Shown here one piece after another: positions 17,126-27,132 of a stretch of DNA of 64,000 bases. The notes under the pieces were generated by a model. That model ran no database searches, had not been told where the DNA came from, and saw nothing but the letters and a program-made list of their open reading frames with translations. The position numbers were made by a program, and so were the translations under genes. The stretch spans positions 3,368 to 67,367 of the forward strand of contig CAYOHI010000005.1 in the NCBI GenBank assembly GCA_964403725.1. The letters run 5' to 3'. This DNA comes from an uncultured Candidatus Saccharibacteria bacterium (lineage in GTDB: Bacteria > Patescibacteriota > Minisyncoccia > Portnoybacterales > UBA2143). Each line of letters opens with the position of its first letter. Position 1 is the first letter of the stretch.

Positions 17126-19600
17126 TTATTTAAAATCTCTCATTTGAACAATCATTTTCATAACAAATTTCTTAGCAGGTTCTACTCTATTTACGTCCGT
17201 TATGTCGTAAAGCTCATTAACTCTCTTAATTAATTCTAGTTTCTTTTTAATAATCCATTGACTTTCAGGAACTCTATTAGAATAGTATTCTACAAAATCA
17301 CTTGGTTTGATTTGACGATTAATTAGAAGATCCATTACTTTTTTAGGACTTTCATTGAATGTTTTCTCTATTATCCCTTGGACAGGATCAATACTTTCAT
17401 TTTGAACCTCTGGAGATTCTGGGAGTATAGTATCTTTCCAAAATGCATCTCTTTCATCCCACCATTCATCTGGGATTGGCTGAACCCTTGTTTTTGAAAC
17501 CTCTTCTGGAACGTCAAATTTTTCACTTATTTCTATATCATCATACCCAGCAACACTTTCTTCTAACCCTTTGGCATGGACAACTTTTTCCCAAGTTTCC
17601 AGCTTAATATTATTAACATACCTCAAGGCGCCTTTTTTCAGAGCCCCTTCATCCCAAAGCTCATCAGCATGACTATCTAATGTTTTTAAAACTTCATTAA
17701 ATTTAACATGGTCTTTAATTTCTAAAGTATTCTTTTTAGGATTCCAATTCACAGCCTCTGAAAGTTCACTGGCTTTAATTCCAATTGTATCCTTGCCTGA
17801 TAATATTCTAATTAAATTCTGTGAAATATTCAGGCTTTTAGCAGCATGTTTTTCAGTAAAATTACCAGCAGCATCTACAGGATTTTCCATGTTATTTATG
17901 GCAATCATTTGGAGAGTTCTTTCTAAATATTTAGGAGCTCCTTGTTTTCCTAATTCTAATGTAAAGTTTTCTTTAAGGCCTCTTTTACTTGATACTTCCT
18001 CTATATGCTCTCTTATTCTAGGTAATGATTCTTTTAGGCGGCTGATCATACGTTCTTTCATATTTCTAAGATTTTCTAAATGTTCTGAATCTATAGGCTT
18101 CCCTTCTGATCTCATCTTTAATAAACTGTTTATTTCCGAATCCACACGATTGTATTCTCTTTCAAGGTTTGCTAATCCAGATCCAAGATCGTTTCTCATT
18201 TCTCCTAAAGGAACTTCTCTAAGTAAAGCAAAGGCATTTCTAATTGTTTCTCTTTGTTCTGATGATTTTACTTCCCATTGCTCTTCATTTATCCTTAATC
18301 TTTCTCCTGCTTCCTTCATACCCTGCAAAAGTTCTTTAGTTCTATTAGATCCTTCATGTACAGGAGAAGTAATATCTTTTGAAGTAAAATACTGATCAGT
18401 AAATTCTCTTATGGCATAACCTGCTGTGGCAAAGCCAGCAGATATGAGGGCGCCTTTTACTGTTTCGCTAAGTAAATACTTCCCTTGTGATTTTTCTTTT
18501 TCTTTCTCTTTTTCTTCGGCAATTGATTTGAGTCTTCTCTCCTCGAATGGAATGATAATATCATCTTCATTTATTCTGACAAATCCTTTACTAAGAGTTT
18601 GCATTAAATCGTACTGTCTAGATATTCTCTCTTCGCTTTCGCCAAAATCAATTAGACCTCTTTCTAATTTATCCGTAAGCCAATCTGTACTCATTCGGAG
18701 TGATTTTTTATAGGCGAATAATTGTCCCGGAGTGAATTCTTTGCCCTGTTTTGTCTTGCCTTCTTCTAATTTTTGGATTGTTTTCTTGATCTTATTACTT
18801 ACCTTTTCAGCTTCTGAATATTTGCTAATTACTCCTTCTCTAATTGCTGATGCCTGCTCTTTTTCTAGGTCTTTTATTTTCTTCTTCTTTTCATTTATTT
18901 TAGATTTATCTAACCCTCCCTTCTCTATTTCAGCATTCAAGACTTTTATTCTATGGTTCCTTTTCCAGTATTCATCAACTTCATCCATTTTATCTCCTTT
19001 GCGAGACATTTTTTCTTTTTCTACGAGTGATTCTTTAGCTCTTTTCCTGGAAATGAAACCACCTAGACCTGCTGCTGCTAAAGGTAAACCAGCAAAACCA
19101 ATCATACTCATTGTCAAAGACCTGGCTGCAAAACCAGCTGCCATATACATTCCTCTTTCTGTAGCTATGTCTTTCATGGCATGAAGCCAGGCTTTTTTGT
19201 TTTCAGCATTAATTAATTGTTTTTCAACTTCAGGGTGAGTGTTTAAAAATTGATTTAAAGTAATCTTGTTTTCAATCTCACTTAAATCAAGCATTGCTTC
19301 TTTTCTGCCCAGCTCTGCTTCTTTGAGGTTTAATAGGTCTTTTTTGGTATTTTCAAATTTTTCCTTTGCTTTCTCATATTTCTTTCTCTCTTTGCTAGTG
19401 GCTGTAGAATATGACCATTCTTTAGGTATTCGGCTGAATTCAGTAGCAATCCTATTAAATGATTCGACTGTTTCTTTTTGTTCTGGATTTCCAGCAGTAG
19501 CATACTGTATTTCTAGCTTGCCATCTATGACTTCTACTTCTGGGCCAAATTCACTCATTCCTTTAGTTAATTGTTTTAAAATATCTCCATGTACTTCCAT
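17126..19600 (-). CDS. large (824 aa) Lys/Glu-rich coiled-coil protein with two hydrophobic segments, hypothetical
   Basis: Long ORF; hydrophobic MYMAAGFAARSLTMSMIGFAGLPLAAAGLGGFI and ALISAGFATAGYAI segments; no recognisable enzymatic motif. Confidence 0.55.
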   Translation of the reverse strand: MEVHGDILKQLTKGMSEFGPEVEVIDGKLEIQYATAGNPEQKETVESFNRIATEFSRIPKEWSYSTATSKERKKYEKAKEKFENTKKDLLNLKEAELGRKEAMLDLSEIENKITLNQFLNTHPEVEKQLINAENKKAWLHAMKDIATERGMYMAAGFAARSLTMSMIGFAGLPLAAAGLGGFISRKRAKESLVEKEKMSRKGDKMDEVDEYWKRNHRIKVLNAEIEKGGLDKSKINEKKKKIKDLEKEQASAIREGVISKYSEAEKVSNKIKKTIQKLEEGKTKQGKEFTPGQLFAYKKSLRMSTDWLTDKLERGLIDFGESEERISRQYDLMQTLSKGFVRINEDDIIIPFEERRLKSIAEEKEKEKEKSQGKYLLSETVKGALISAGFATAGYAIREFTDQYFTSKDITSPVHEGSNRTKELLQGMKEAGERLRINEEQWEVKSSEQRETIRNAFALLREVPLGEMRNDLGSGLANLEREYNRVDSEINSLLKMRSEGKPIDSEHLENLRNMKERMISRLKESLPRIREHIEEVSSKRGLKENFTLELGKQGAPKYLERTLQMIAINNMENPVDAAGNFTEKHAAKSLNISQNLIRILSGKDTIGIKASELSEAVNWNPKKNTLEIKDHVKFNEVLKTLDSHADELWDEGALKKGALRYVNNIKLETWEKVVHAKGLEESVAGYDDIEISEKFDVPEEVSKTRVQPIPDEWWDERDAFWKDTILPESPEVQNESIDPVQGIIEKTFNESPKKVMDLLINRQIKPSDFVEYYSNRVPESQWIIKKKLELIKRVNELYDITDVNRVEPAKKFVMKMIVQMRDFK

Positions 19601-19661
19601 TCCTCCTTCTTTAATTTCATTAGCTGTTTTCTTTTCTAATTTGACAATTTGATATTTTTTG

Positions 19662-21407
19662 CTAATACTGCGCCAAAATCTGCCTAGTAATTTTTGGTTT
19701 TTGGTTTTTGAGGTCTTCTTTATATTCCTTAACTGATTCTTCTTGGATTCTGCCTAAGATTAATTGTTTTAAGTTTTCTAAGACAAGTGATTTTTGACCT
19801 TCTGATAGATTATTGAAACCTTCAATATTTTCTAAATCGTTTTCGGAAATCCCAAACTCAGAAAAATCACCAGGTTTTTCTTTTGCAGATTTAGATGACT
19901 GTGGTTCTGATTCTGGCCCAGATTTAGACTCCGTAGGATTTTCTTCATTCTCTTCTTCCTGTTTTGGTTCACCTCTTCTTTCAGCTTCAGCTTCCTCTTC
20001 CTCGAATATATCGTTATATGCCCTTAATACTTCTTTTGGAAATTTGCTACGTAATCCTCTATTTATTTCCATTAACTTTCTTGCTTTTTCTTTTTCATCC
20101 ATCTCTCGATCATTAAGTATCTCATCTCGCTCCTTAAGCAATCTTTCTAATTCTTCTTTTTCCTCTTCGCTTAAATTTATTTCTGGCTCTGGTTCTTTTT
20201 CTGTTTTAGATTCTGCAGATTCTTCTTGCTGCTCTGGTTCATCTTGTCTTCCTATAAAGGATTCCATTTGACCACCTACTCTTTCATCCCTTTCTTGTTG
20301 AGTTGCATATTTCTTTAATTCTTCGCCCAGTTCTTCGGATTTATCCCTTGGCGGGGTCTCTCTTTCTATGAAAGATTCCATGAGCTTTCCTTTTTTAGTT
20401 TCTGGATTTACATATTCTGGTTCTTTGTATTCCTCTTTTCCTTGTTGAGTTTCGTTTCCTTCTGATGTTTTACTTAGTTGCCTCGCCTCCCACTCTTTTT
20501 TAGCTTTTTTATAGAAAAATTCTTCATTTCTATACTGATCAGTATTCTCTAATCCTCTTTCTTCCATTCGCTTCATAGCAGCTTTATGATTGATCATATT
20601 TTCTAAATCTTTGTTTCCGAATACCTCTTCAGATGTTAATCCTTCTTCCTGCATTGCTTTGTAGATGTATTTTGCACGACCTTCTTTTTTTGGCTCGGGT
20701 TCTTTGGGTTCAGGTTCAGGGGTTGGTTTCTCTTCAGGATTATCTGATGCAGATTCCAAAAGATCATCTACTTCTTTTTGCGAGGTTAAATCTTCTTCAG
20801 GAGTTGGTTTTAGAGATTCCGGTTCCTCTTTTGGCTGTTCTGTTGCTTTGCCTTCTATTCTATTAAAAACTTGGTCTACATTATCTCTCGCTTGCTCTAT
20901 TTTTTCTTCTTTGCCTGGTTCGACGATATCATCGTCAGTTAATTCGATAATATCATTATCTTGCTCTATTGATTCTACTCCTCTTTCTTGTTCTGTTTTT
21001 TCCTTATTTTCTGGATTAACAACATCAGTTAATTCAATTATATCATCGTCGTCTGCTTGTTCCTGTTTTACTTTCATTCTTTCCTTGGCTTCTTTGGCAT
21101 GAGCTATTCTTTCTTTCTTTTCTTTTTCTGTTGCTTTTTGTTTTTGTATTTCTCTCCTTCTTTCTTTTACTTTTCTCATGACGTTTTCATCAGCTTCTTT
21201 AGCTGATTTTACTATCTTTGGTCCTTTTTCAGTATCAGGATCATCTACAACATCAGTTAATTCAATTATTTCCTCTTGTTCTGCTGGTTTAGCAGCTTCT
21301 TGTTTTCCTTGATCGCTAAAAATACTAGCCATTGATTCACTGGCTCCTTCTAAAAGCTCTTCTTCAGTGATCGTTTCTGGTTTGTTTGTATTGGGTTTCT
21401 CTATCAT
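19662..21407 (-). CDS. highly acidic repeat protein (three IIELTDVV/IIELTDDD repeats), hypothetical
   Basis: 581 aa ORF; repeat units EEIIELTDVVDDPDTEKG / DDIIELTDVVNPENKEK / DNDIIELTDDDIVEPGKEEK; C-terminal PKxEP repeats. Confidence 0.55.
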   Translation of the reverse strand: MIEKPNTNKPETITEEELLEGASESMASIFSDQGKQEAAKPAEQEEIIELTDVVDDPDTEKGPKIVKSAKEADENVMRKVKERRREIQKQKATEKEKKERIAHAKEAKERMKVKQEQADDDDIIELTDVVNPENKEKTEQERGVESIEQDNDIIELTDDDIVEPGKEEKIEQARDNVDQVFNRIEGKATEQPKEEPESLKPTPEEDLTSQKEVDDLLESASDNPEEKPTPEPEPKEPEPKKEGRAKYIYKAMQEEGLTSEEVFGNKDLENMINHKAAMKRMEERGLENTDQYRNEEFFYKKAKKEWEARQLSKTSEGNETQQGKEEYKEPEYVNPETKKGKLMESFIERETPPRDKSEELGEELKKYATQQERDERVGGQMESFIGRQDEPEQQEESAESKTEKEPEPEINLSEEEKEELERLLKERDEILNDREMDEKEKARKLMEINRGLRSKFPKEVLRAYNDIFEEEEAEAERRGEPKQEEENEENPTESKSGPESEPQSSKSAKEKPGDFSEFGISENDLENIEGFNNLSEGQKSLVLENLKQLILGRIQEESVKEYKEDLKNQKPKITRQILAQY

Positions 21408-21420
21408 TGTGTGATTGGGA

Positions 21421-22230
21421 TTAGATATTTTTCTTTAATTCACTTTCAAATATATTTTTAGCAATAATCTGTATTGAATAGTCATCAAGACCTTGATATC
21501 TATCAACCTTTTTAGTCTTGGAAAGTATTCCTTCATACGCTTCTATTAATCTTGGTCTTAATCTTTTGTCTACAGAAGGATATTTCTCCAGCACATCATC
21601 GACACATTCCTCTGTTGATGATTCTATTTCTTCTTCTTTTGATCTTAGATTATCAACCAATAGCCCAGCAAGAGTCACGCCTCGTTCTTCTATTCGATAT
21701 ACCCTTAAAAGTTTGATTGCTTCTGCTAATTCATCTCCACTCATCCTGTCTTTGTTTTCGATATAGTGATTCATGATATCTTTGATTACCTCTCCAAGCT
21801 TTCCATCTTGATTCTCTATATATCTTAAATTCTCTAAAAGACCTAAATAGTCTACCTGGCCTTCTGGTTTACTTAACTCTCGTCTTGCTAAATCAACAGC
21901 CTTATCAGAATTTGTTTTGTCAAAATTATACATCTTATTGATAACTTTAACAAAATCACCTGCTTCCTCGTATATGGCAGCAGCTTTTTTTATTAACTCA
22001 TTTTTCTTTTCTTTATCCTCAGGTTCAGGAAAAAATCCATACTTATCCCTTGCTTCACTTAAAATATTTTTAGCTTCTTCTTTTAATTCTTCTTTTTTTT
22101 CTTCTGTTAACTTAGTCTCCTGATTTTCTGGAGTACTGCCTAATCGATCGCCAATACGCACTTGTCCTACCCTAGGTTCTTTACTAGGTCTATTTTCCAC
22201 TTCATCTTGTTTTTCTAATTTTTCAGCCAT
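21421..22230 (-). CDS. hypothetical protein
   Basis: 269 aa ORF, 13 nt upstream of the next gene. Confidence 0.45.
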   Translation of the reverse strand: MAEKLEKQDEVENRPSKEPRVGQVRIGDRLGSTPENQETKLTEEKKEELKEEAKNILSEARDKYGFFPEPEDKEKKNELIKKAAAIYEEAGDFVKVINKMYNFDKTNSDKAVDLARRELSKPEGQVDYLGLLENLRYIENQDGKLGEVIKDIMNHYIENKDRMSGDELAEAIKLLRVYRIEERGVTLAGLLVDNLRSKEEEIESSTEECVDDVLEKYPSVDKRLRPRLIEAYEGILSKTKKVDRYQGLDDYSIQIIAKNIFESELKKNI

Positions 22231-22272
22231 ACTAATATTTTAACATTTATTCAACAAAAAGTCATCCCCAGA

Positions 22273-23724
22273 TTAATCATATGTATACTCATCAACCTTT
22301 AATCCATTTTGATCATAGAGAATGACGGTATCAGAGACATTAGAAAAGGCATCTCTTGATGTCCTTCCCAAGAAAGCCCTCCATTCATCTTCATAGAAAT
22401 CAGGATCAAGGCTGTAGTCTGAGTAGCAACTGTCATAATTAAAATTCTGATTAAGAAAAGATGTACATTGACTGTCTCCACTAATATCTAAATTACCTGC
22501 ATAGTCTGGCAATTCACACCTATCCAAGTCATCAATAAATTCCTTACAATGATCTTTAAAATCACTATATTCAGAAGAATCAATCACTGGACAGTTATTA
22601 TCCAAAGATGGAACAAAATCACCTTGATCTAAATAGCCGGTACACTTGTTAGTTAAAAGGTTAACCCCTACTGGACTTAGACCAGCTGTAATTATTAACT
22701 CATCATCAGGCGCCAGTTCAATGACAACGCTATACGTACTATTAAAAGGAGCTTCTAGTTTCTTGACGGCTTGAGGGATATCTAATTCGCCCAATTTGGT
22801 CTGGATTGTCCAGCCGGCCAAATTAATATTCTGATCACTCTCATTTTCTAGGATAATATGGTCATCCTTAAAATTAAATTGCTCATATTCAATATCCTTA
22901 ATTTCAACTTTTTGGTAATATGGCGAAACGCCAATCTGAAAATTGCGACTGGCTGGGGTTGAATCATAGTATCCTTCTTTGTTTTTGGCTCTGACAAAGA
23001 ATGTATAGCTATTACCAACTTCATCTGACAAGTCATATGATTCAGTATAGCTTGAGCCTTGATTTTTCCACCCGTTATCAATCCCTTTTAAATATGTCTC
23101 GAAAGTTAAGTCAGTTACCAGGCCTATTGGATTTGTACCTGAATATCTGAATTCAATATCACCTGTATCCAAGACTTCTCCTTCACTAGGGCCATCAGTG
23201 ATGAATGTATCAGGGTATCGATTCGGCTCGTTTGAAGTTAGGTTTTCACCTGTTGAAAAACTTTTCAAATCGTTATCACTGACATTTAAGACGTATTTCC
23301 AGCCAAAATCATTATTAAAAAACACTTCTAAGCTCGGAATCCAGCGCTTCTTGCCTAGTTCTATTAAATATACTTCTGGACCTGTTCCTTTCATCAAGGT
23401 TCCGTCTGGATAATCACCCCAACTGCTCCAGTCACTGTCTTGTGGATGATTCTGGATAATCAAATCAGAATACGTCTTGATATTCTCCCACTTGAAATTG
23501 AATTTGTTAAAAATTTCGATACTAGGAATCCAATGCCTTGTTCCTGTTTCCAAGACATATACTTCCGGCCCGCTTCCTTTAACCAAATCTAGCCTTGGCA
23601 GGTATGATTCAGAAGCTTTTGTTTCAACCAAAAAGAAGCCAGTCTGAGAAACCAGCCCCAATACAATCAAGATTACTATGAAAGAAAATATTTTCCACAT
23701 GTCCTTAATGGTAGTATACCCCAT
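22273..23724 (-). CDS. secreted/anchored protein with internal ~60-aa duplicated domain and Cys-rich C-terminus, hypothetical
   Basis: N-terminal signal/TM MWKIFSFIVILIVLGLV; duplicated KGSGPEVYVLETGTRHWIPSIEIF / KGTGPEVYLIELGKKRWIPSLEVF blocks. Confidence 0.5.
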   Translation of the reverse strand: MGYTTIKDMWKIFSFIVILIVLGLVSQTGFFLVETKASESYLPRLDLVKGSGPEVYVLETGTRHWIPSIEIFNKFNFKWENIKTYSDLIIQNHPQDSDWSSWGDYPDGTLMKGTGPEVYLIELGKKRWIPSLEVFFNNDFGWKYVLNVSDNDLKSFSTGENLTSNEPNRYPDTFITDGPSEGEVLDTGDIEFRYSGTNPIGLVTDLTFETYLKGIDNGWKNQGSSYTESYDLSDEVGNSYTFFVRAKNKEGYYDSTPASRNFQIGVSPYYQKVEIKDIEYEQFNFKDDHIILENESDQNINLAGWTIQTKLGELDIPQAVKKLEAPFNSTYSVVIELAPDDELIITAGLSPVGVNLLTNKCTGYLDQGDFVPSLDNNCPVIDSSEYSDFKDHCKEFIDDLDRCELPDYAGNLDISGDSQCTSFLNQNFNYDSCYSDYSLDPDFYEDEWRAFLGRTSRDAFSNVSDTVILYDQNGLKVDEYTYD

Positions 23725-23764
23725 TTTATGGTAGAATTGAAGTGGATAAATTAAAAATTAAAAT

Positions 23765-25633
23765 ATGAACAAAATCACGACAAATATCATTACTGCCGGT
23801 CTGTTAGCTTTCATGCTCGGATTGGCTTTTTTTAGTATCCTAGGAGATGCTAATACCATGGATGAACTAGCCCATACTCCTGCAGGTTACTCATACATCG
23901 TCAAACAGGACATGCGCTTGAATCCGGAACACCCGCCCTTGCTGAAAGACATGGCCGGGTTGTCTGTCTGGCTTGGTTCTAAGATAACTGATACCCCGAT
24001 TACCTTTCCTGAACAGGATCACTCTTGGCAGAGCGATAAGAATGGACAATGGGAATTTGGCCGAGAATTGCTTTTCAGAAACGGCAATGACGCGGATATG
24101 ATAATTGCCTGGGCCCGCCTGCCAATGATGCTGATTATGATCATTTTGGGATTTTACGTATTCAAATGGGCTCGCGAACTTTATGGAAACAAAGCTGGGC
24201 TTATTGCGCTTTTCCTTTATTCATTCTCACCTACTTTCTTGGCCCATGGAAGACTGGTCACCACTGATGTTGGCGCTGCCGCTGCTTTTTTCATAGCCAT
24301 CTACTATTTGATCAAATGGCTCCAGAATCAGAATTGGAAGAATCTGTTCTTAGCCGGATTCGTCTTCGGTCTGGCCTTGCTGACTAAATTCTCTTTAGCT
24401 CTCCTGATTCCATATTTCATAATCATTACCCTGTTCTGGATGATAATTAACAGAGCCTGGAAGCCGATGTTCGGCCTAGCTCTGATTGGCATACTGTCTA
24501 TGGTTTTGGTTTATCCAGTCTATCTTTTCCATACTTGGAATCTGCCTATGGAGCGTCAAATTGCCGATGCCGAACACTATTTAGCGACTTACGGAAACAG
24601 GAAACTGGCTGATCCGACTCTTTGGATGAATACTCAAGAAGTTCTCCGTCCTTACGGTCAATTCTTTACCGGATTGCTGATGGTTATCCAGCGCGCCTCG
24701 GGCGGCAACACGACATATTTCTTGGGAGAAATATCAAGAGTTGCCTGGCCTCACTATTTCCCTCTGGTATTTTTGTTAAAAGTTCCTTTGGCTCTGCTTG
24801 CCTTGATGCTTATCGCCATAGCCTATCCTTTTGTCAAACCCAAAGTTAAGAAATCTAAATCGTTTGATATTCCTAAAACAAAAGAACAGAGCTTGTTCAA
24901 GAGAATTTCTGATTGGCTTAATAGATATTTTGTTGAAATATCCTTAATTCTTTTCTTAGGCATCTATTGGTACACCAGCATTACAAGCAATTTGAATATT
25001 GGAGTCAGACATGTCTTGCCGGTCTTCCCTGTCTTCTATGTCTTGATCAGCGGCCAGATCAGCAGATGGCTGAGGATGTCGCCTGGCCCGATACTTGAAA
25101 GAATCAAGCTATCGCCTAAGAAAATATTGGTTTCAGTCAAGATGGTTGCTAAAGATTACACTGTTTTAGTCTTCAAGTATTTAATCCTGATAGCACTGCT
25201 TGGCTGGTATGGATTCAGCGCAATCAACGTATATCCGCATTTCATAACATACTTTAATGAATCTGTTGGCGGTCCTAGTCAGGGATATCTGTACGTGACC
25301 GATTCTAATCTGGACTGGGGTCAGGATCTTAAAAGACTGACTGCTTTTGTCGAAGAGAATGGAATTGAGAATATATATATCGATTACTTTGGCGGTGATG
25401 ATCCGCGTTACAGATTGGATGAAAAATTCATGATTACCCCCTGGTGGGGCACCCGAAGTTCAGAAGAGCTGCCTAAAGGAAGCTGGCTGGCCATTTCAGC
25501 GACATTCCTGCAAGGCGGGCGCGGCGAACCGGTTCCGGAATACCATGACCCGACAGGATTCTATAACTGGCTGAATAAGTATGAGCCAGTGACAGTTATT
25601 GGCGATTCGATTTTCGTTTACCATATTCAATAG
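23765..25633 (+). CDS. PMT/ArnT-type (GT39/GT83) lipid-carrier-dependent glycosyltransferase
   Basis: DELAHTPAGYSY and NPEHPPLLK motifs in the first periplasmic loop; ~12 TM helices; 622 aa. Confidence 0.8.
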   Translation: MNKITTNIITAGLLAFMLGLAFFSILGDANTMDELAHTPAGYSYIVKQDMRLNPEHPPLLKDMAGLSVWLGSKITDTPITFPEQDHSWQSDKNGQWEFGRELLFRNGNDADMIIAWARLPMMLIMIILGFYVFKWARELYGNKAGLIALFLYSFSPTFLAHGRLVTTDVGAAAAFFIAIYYLIKWLQNQNWKNLFLAGFVFGLALLTKFSLALLIPYFIIITLFWMIINRAWKPMFGLALIGILSMVLVYPVYLFHTWNLPMERQIADAEHYLATYGNRKLADPTLWMNTQEVLRPYGQFFTGLLMVIQRASGGNTTYFLGEISRVAWPHYFPLVFLLKVPLALLALMLIAIAYPFVKPKVKKSKSFDIPKTKEQSLFKRISDWLNRYFVEISLILFLGIYWYTSITSNLNIGVRHVLPVFPVFYVLISGQISRWLRMSPGPILERIKLSPKKILVSVKMVAKDYTVLVFKYLILIALLGWYGFSAINVYPHFITYFNESVGGPSQGYLYVTDSNLDWGQDLKRLTAFVEENGIENIYIDYFGGDDPRYRLDEKFMITPWWGTRSSEELPKGSWLAISATFLQGGRGEPVPEYHDPTGFYNWLNKYEPVTVIGDSIFVYHIQ

Positions 25634-25914
25634 AAAAAGTTCATGAAAGCAAAAACCCGCTGACTCTTCGAGTAGCGGGTTTTTTGATGACAAGTGGCTT
25701 TGGAAGTTAAGCAACAGCTGGCGATCCATCGGCCTTCGCATCCCATGCACTTAACCTTGTTTTCAACAACGTTGTTGTCGCCATTTCCGCCGGGTATGAA
25801 TCTGCTTTGCGGCACTGCCTTGCCTGTACGAGCATTGCAGTCCTGACAGAAATAGATACTTTCACCTGTTTCAATGTTAACCGGGTCTTCAAACGATCCT
25901 ATCTGTCCACTCAT
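25627..25914 (-). CDS. small Cys-rich zinc-ribbon-like protein (family member C); C-terminal tail is encoded through the convergent terminator hairpin
   Basis: YFCQDCNARTGKAVPQ ... KCMGCEGRW; RBS caagggggtg 7 nt upstream of the ATG; GC-richer patch. Confidence 0.4.
   Translation of the reverse strand: MSGQIGSFEDPVNIETGESIYFCQDCNARTGKAVPQSRFIPGGNGDNNVVENKVKCMGCEGRWIASCCLTSKATCHQKTRYSKSQRVFAFMNFFY
25656..25686 (+). terminator. intrinsic terminator of the glycosyltransferase gene
   Basis: cccgctgactc-ttcg-agtagcggg hairpin followed by a TTTTTT run. Confidence 0.7.
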
Positions 25915-25961
25915 AGGACACCCCCTTGTTTAGAGAAACATCATATTACCCTTGTCACTTG

Positions 25962-26846
25962 TTACTTGTAATATACCCTACCTTCTATCCTTAAGTCAAA
26001 GTATCCGATAGAATTCAGTGATTCTTTGACTTCCTTATCAATGACTAATCTCAAGGATTCAAGCTGTGATTCTATCGAATAGACAGGGTTGAAATATATT
26101 TGCCATCCTTTGGCCGTGGTCGCTCTTAGATCTTCTAAGGACACCACTTCAAAGTCCACCACTTCAGGCAAATATCTTTTTGTCTCATTTAAATATATTT
26201 CAGGCATCTTTTCCTTGATGCTTAAAATTGATCCTATCATATCCTCTGACATGACCTTGTCCCTGATTCCAATAGGGCTTTTAGTTCCATAGACATTCAG
26301 GATCAGGCTGCCGGAAATTAAAGGTGCATCTTGAAAGATGATCCCTTCGGGATCGAAATAGAAGCATTTCTTAATATCTTTTTCTATCCTAGTCACTTCT
26401 TCAGTAGTGGTGGCTAGATTTTCGTCTTCAACTATTAATTCAAAAGTTTTTTCTCTTTTTTCAATCTGGCACCAGACACCGATATTCTCTCTTTCTTCAA
26501 TCCTAATATTCAGAATATTGGGCAATTGGCGAGAAACCGTTACATCTCTGATTTCTGGATATTCATTTAAGATATTGTCCTTGATTTGATTGACTGGCAA
26601 TACGAATATGCTTTTCTGCGGGATGTTCTTCCAATTTGAATCTTCTATCGTATTCTGCGACATCTCTTTAATTTCCTGAATGTATGAGATATCGCCTTCA
26701 ACGCCGACGCTTTCTACCCAGAAATATGGATGCCAGATAATGAAGTATGTCAAAACTCCTAACAAACAAAAAAACAGCCCTGTCAAAACATATTTCAACA
26801 GGGATGTTTTCTTACGATGTTTGTATTGATTTCTTCTAATAGCCAT
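25962..26846 (-). CDS. ftsQ: cell division protein FtsQ/DivIB (TM plus POTRA)
   Basis: N-terminal TM, then IIWHPYFWVESVGVEG... and FVLPVNQIKDNILNEYPEIRDVTVSRQLPNILNIRIEERENIGVW, typical of the POTRA_FtsQ domain. Confidence 0.7.
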   Translation of the reverse strand: MAIRRNQYKHRKKTSLLKYVLTGLFFCLLGVLTYFIIWHPYFWVESVGVEGDISYIQEIKEMSQNTIEDSNWKNIPQKSIFVLPVNQIKDNILNEYPEIRDVTVSRQLPNILNIRIEERENIGVWCQIEKREKTFELIVEDENLATTTEEVTRIEKDIKKCFYFDPEGIIFQDAPLISGSLILNVYGTKSPIGIRDKVMSEDMIGSILSIKEKMPEIYLNETKRYLPEVVDFEVVSLEDLRATTAKGWQIYFNPVYSIESQLESLRLVIDKEVKESLNSIGYFDLRIEGRVYYK

Positions 26847-26879
26847 GTTAATTTAAAGAAAAAATGAAGAAAGGAGGAA

Positions 26880-27104
26880 ATGATGGAATGCCAATGCGGC
26901 AAGCCCAAGCTGGAAAAGATGAACATCAGAGTGCTTCTTCCTATAGAAGTATTCCAAGTCTCTGATAAGGCCTTTGACGTCAGAATACCTGTCACTTTAG
27001 TATTCTGCAAGAACTGCCGAAGAACGACTCTCGCTTTCCCGAAAGAAAGCCTGGTCTCTCTTCCGCCCATTATCACCCATTCCATAGGAGAACTGTTTCA
27101 ATGA
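26880..27104 (+). CDS. small Cys-rich zinc-ribbon-like protein (family member D)
   Basis: MMECQCGKPK ... VFCKNCRRTTLAFPKE; RBS aaggagg 5 nt upstream; followed by hairpin 27104-27126. Confidence 0.5.
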   Translation: MMECQCGKPKLEKMNIRVLLPIEVFQVSDKAFDVRIPVTLVFCKNCRRTTLAFPKESLVSLPPIITHSIGELFQ

Positions 27105-27126
27105 GACCGCGCCAAAGGTGCGGTCT
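27104..27126. terminator. hairpin between convergent genes (weak T-tract)
   Basis: agaccgcgcc-aaag-gtgcggtct. Confidence 0.35.
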
Positions 27127-27132
27127 TAAGCT

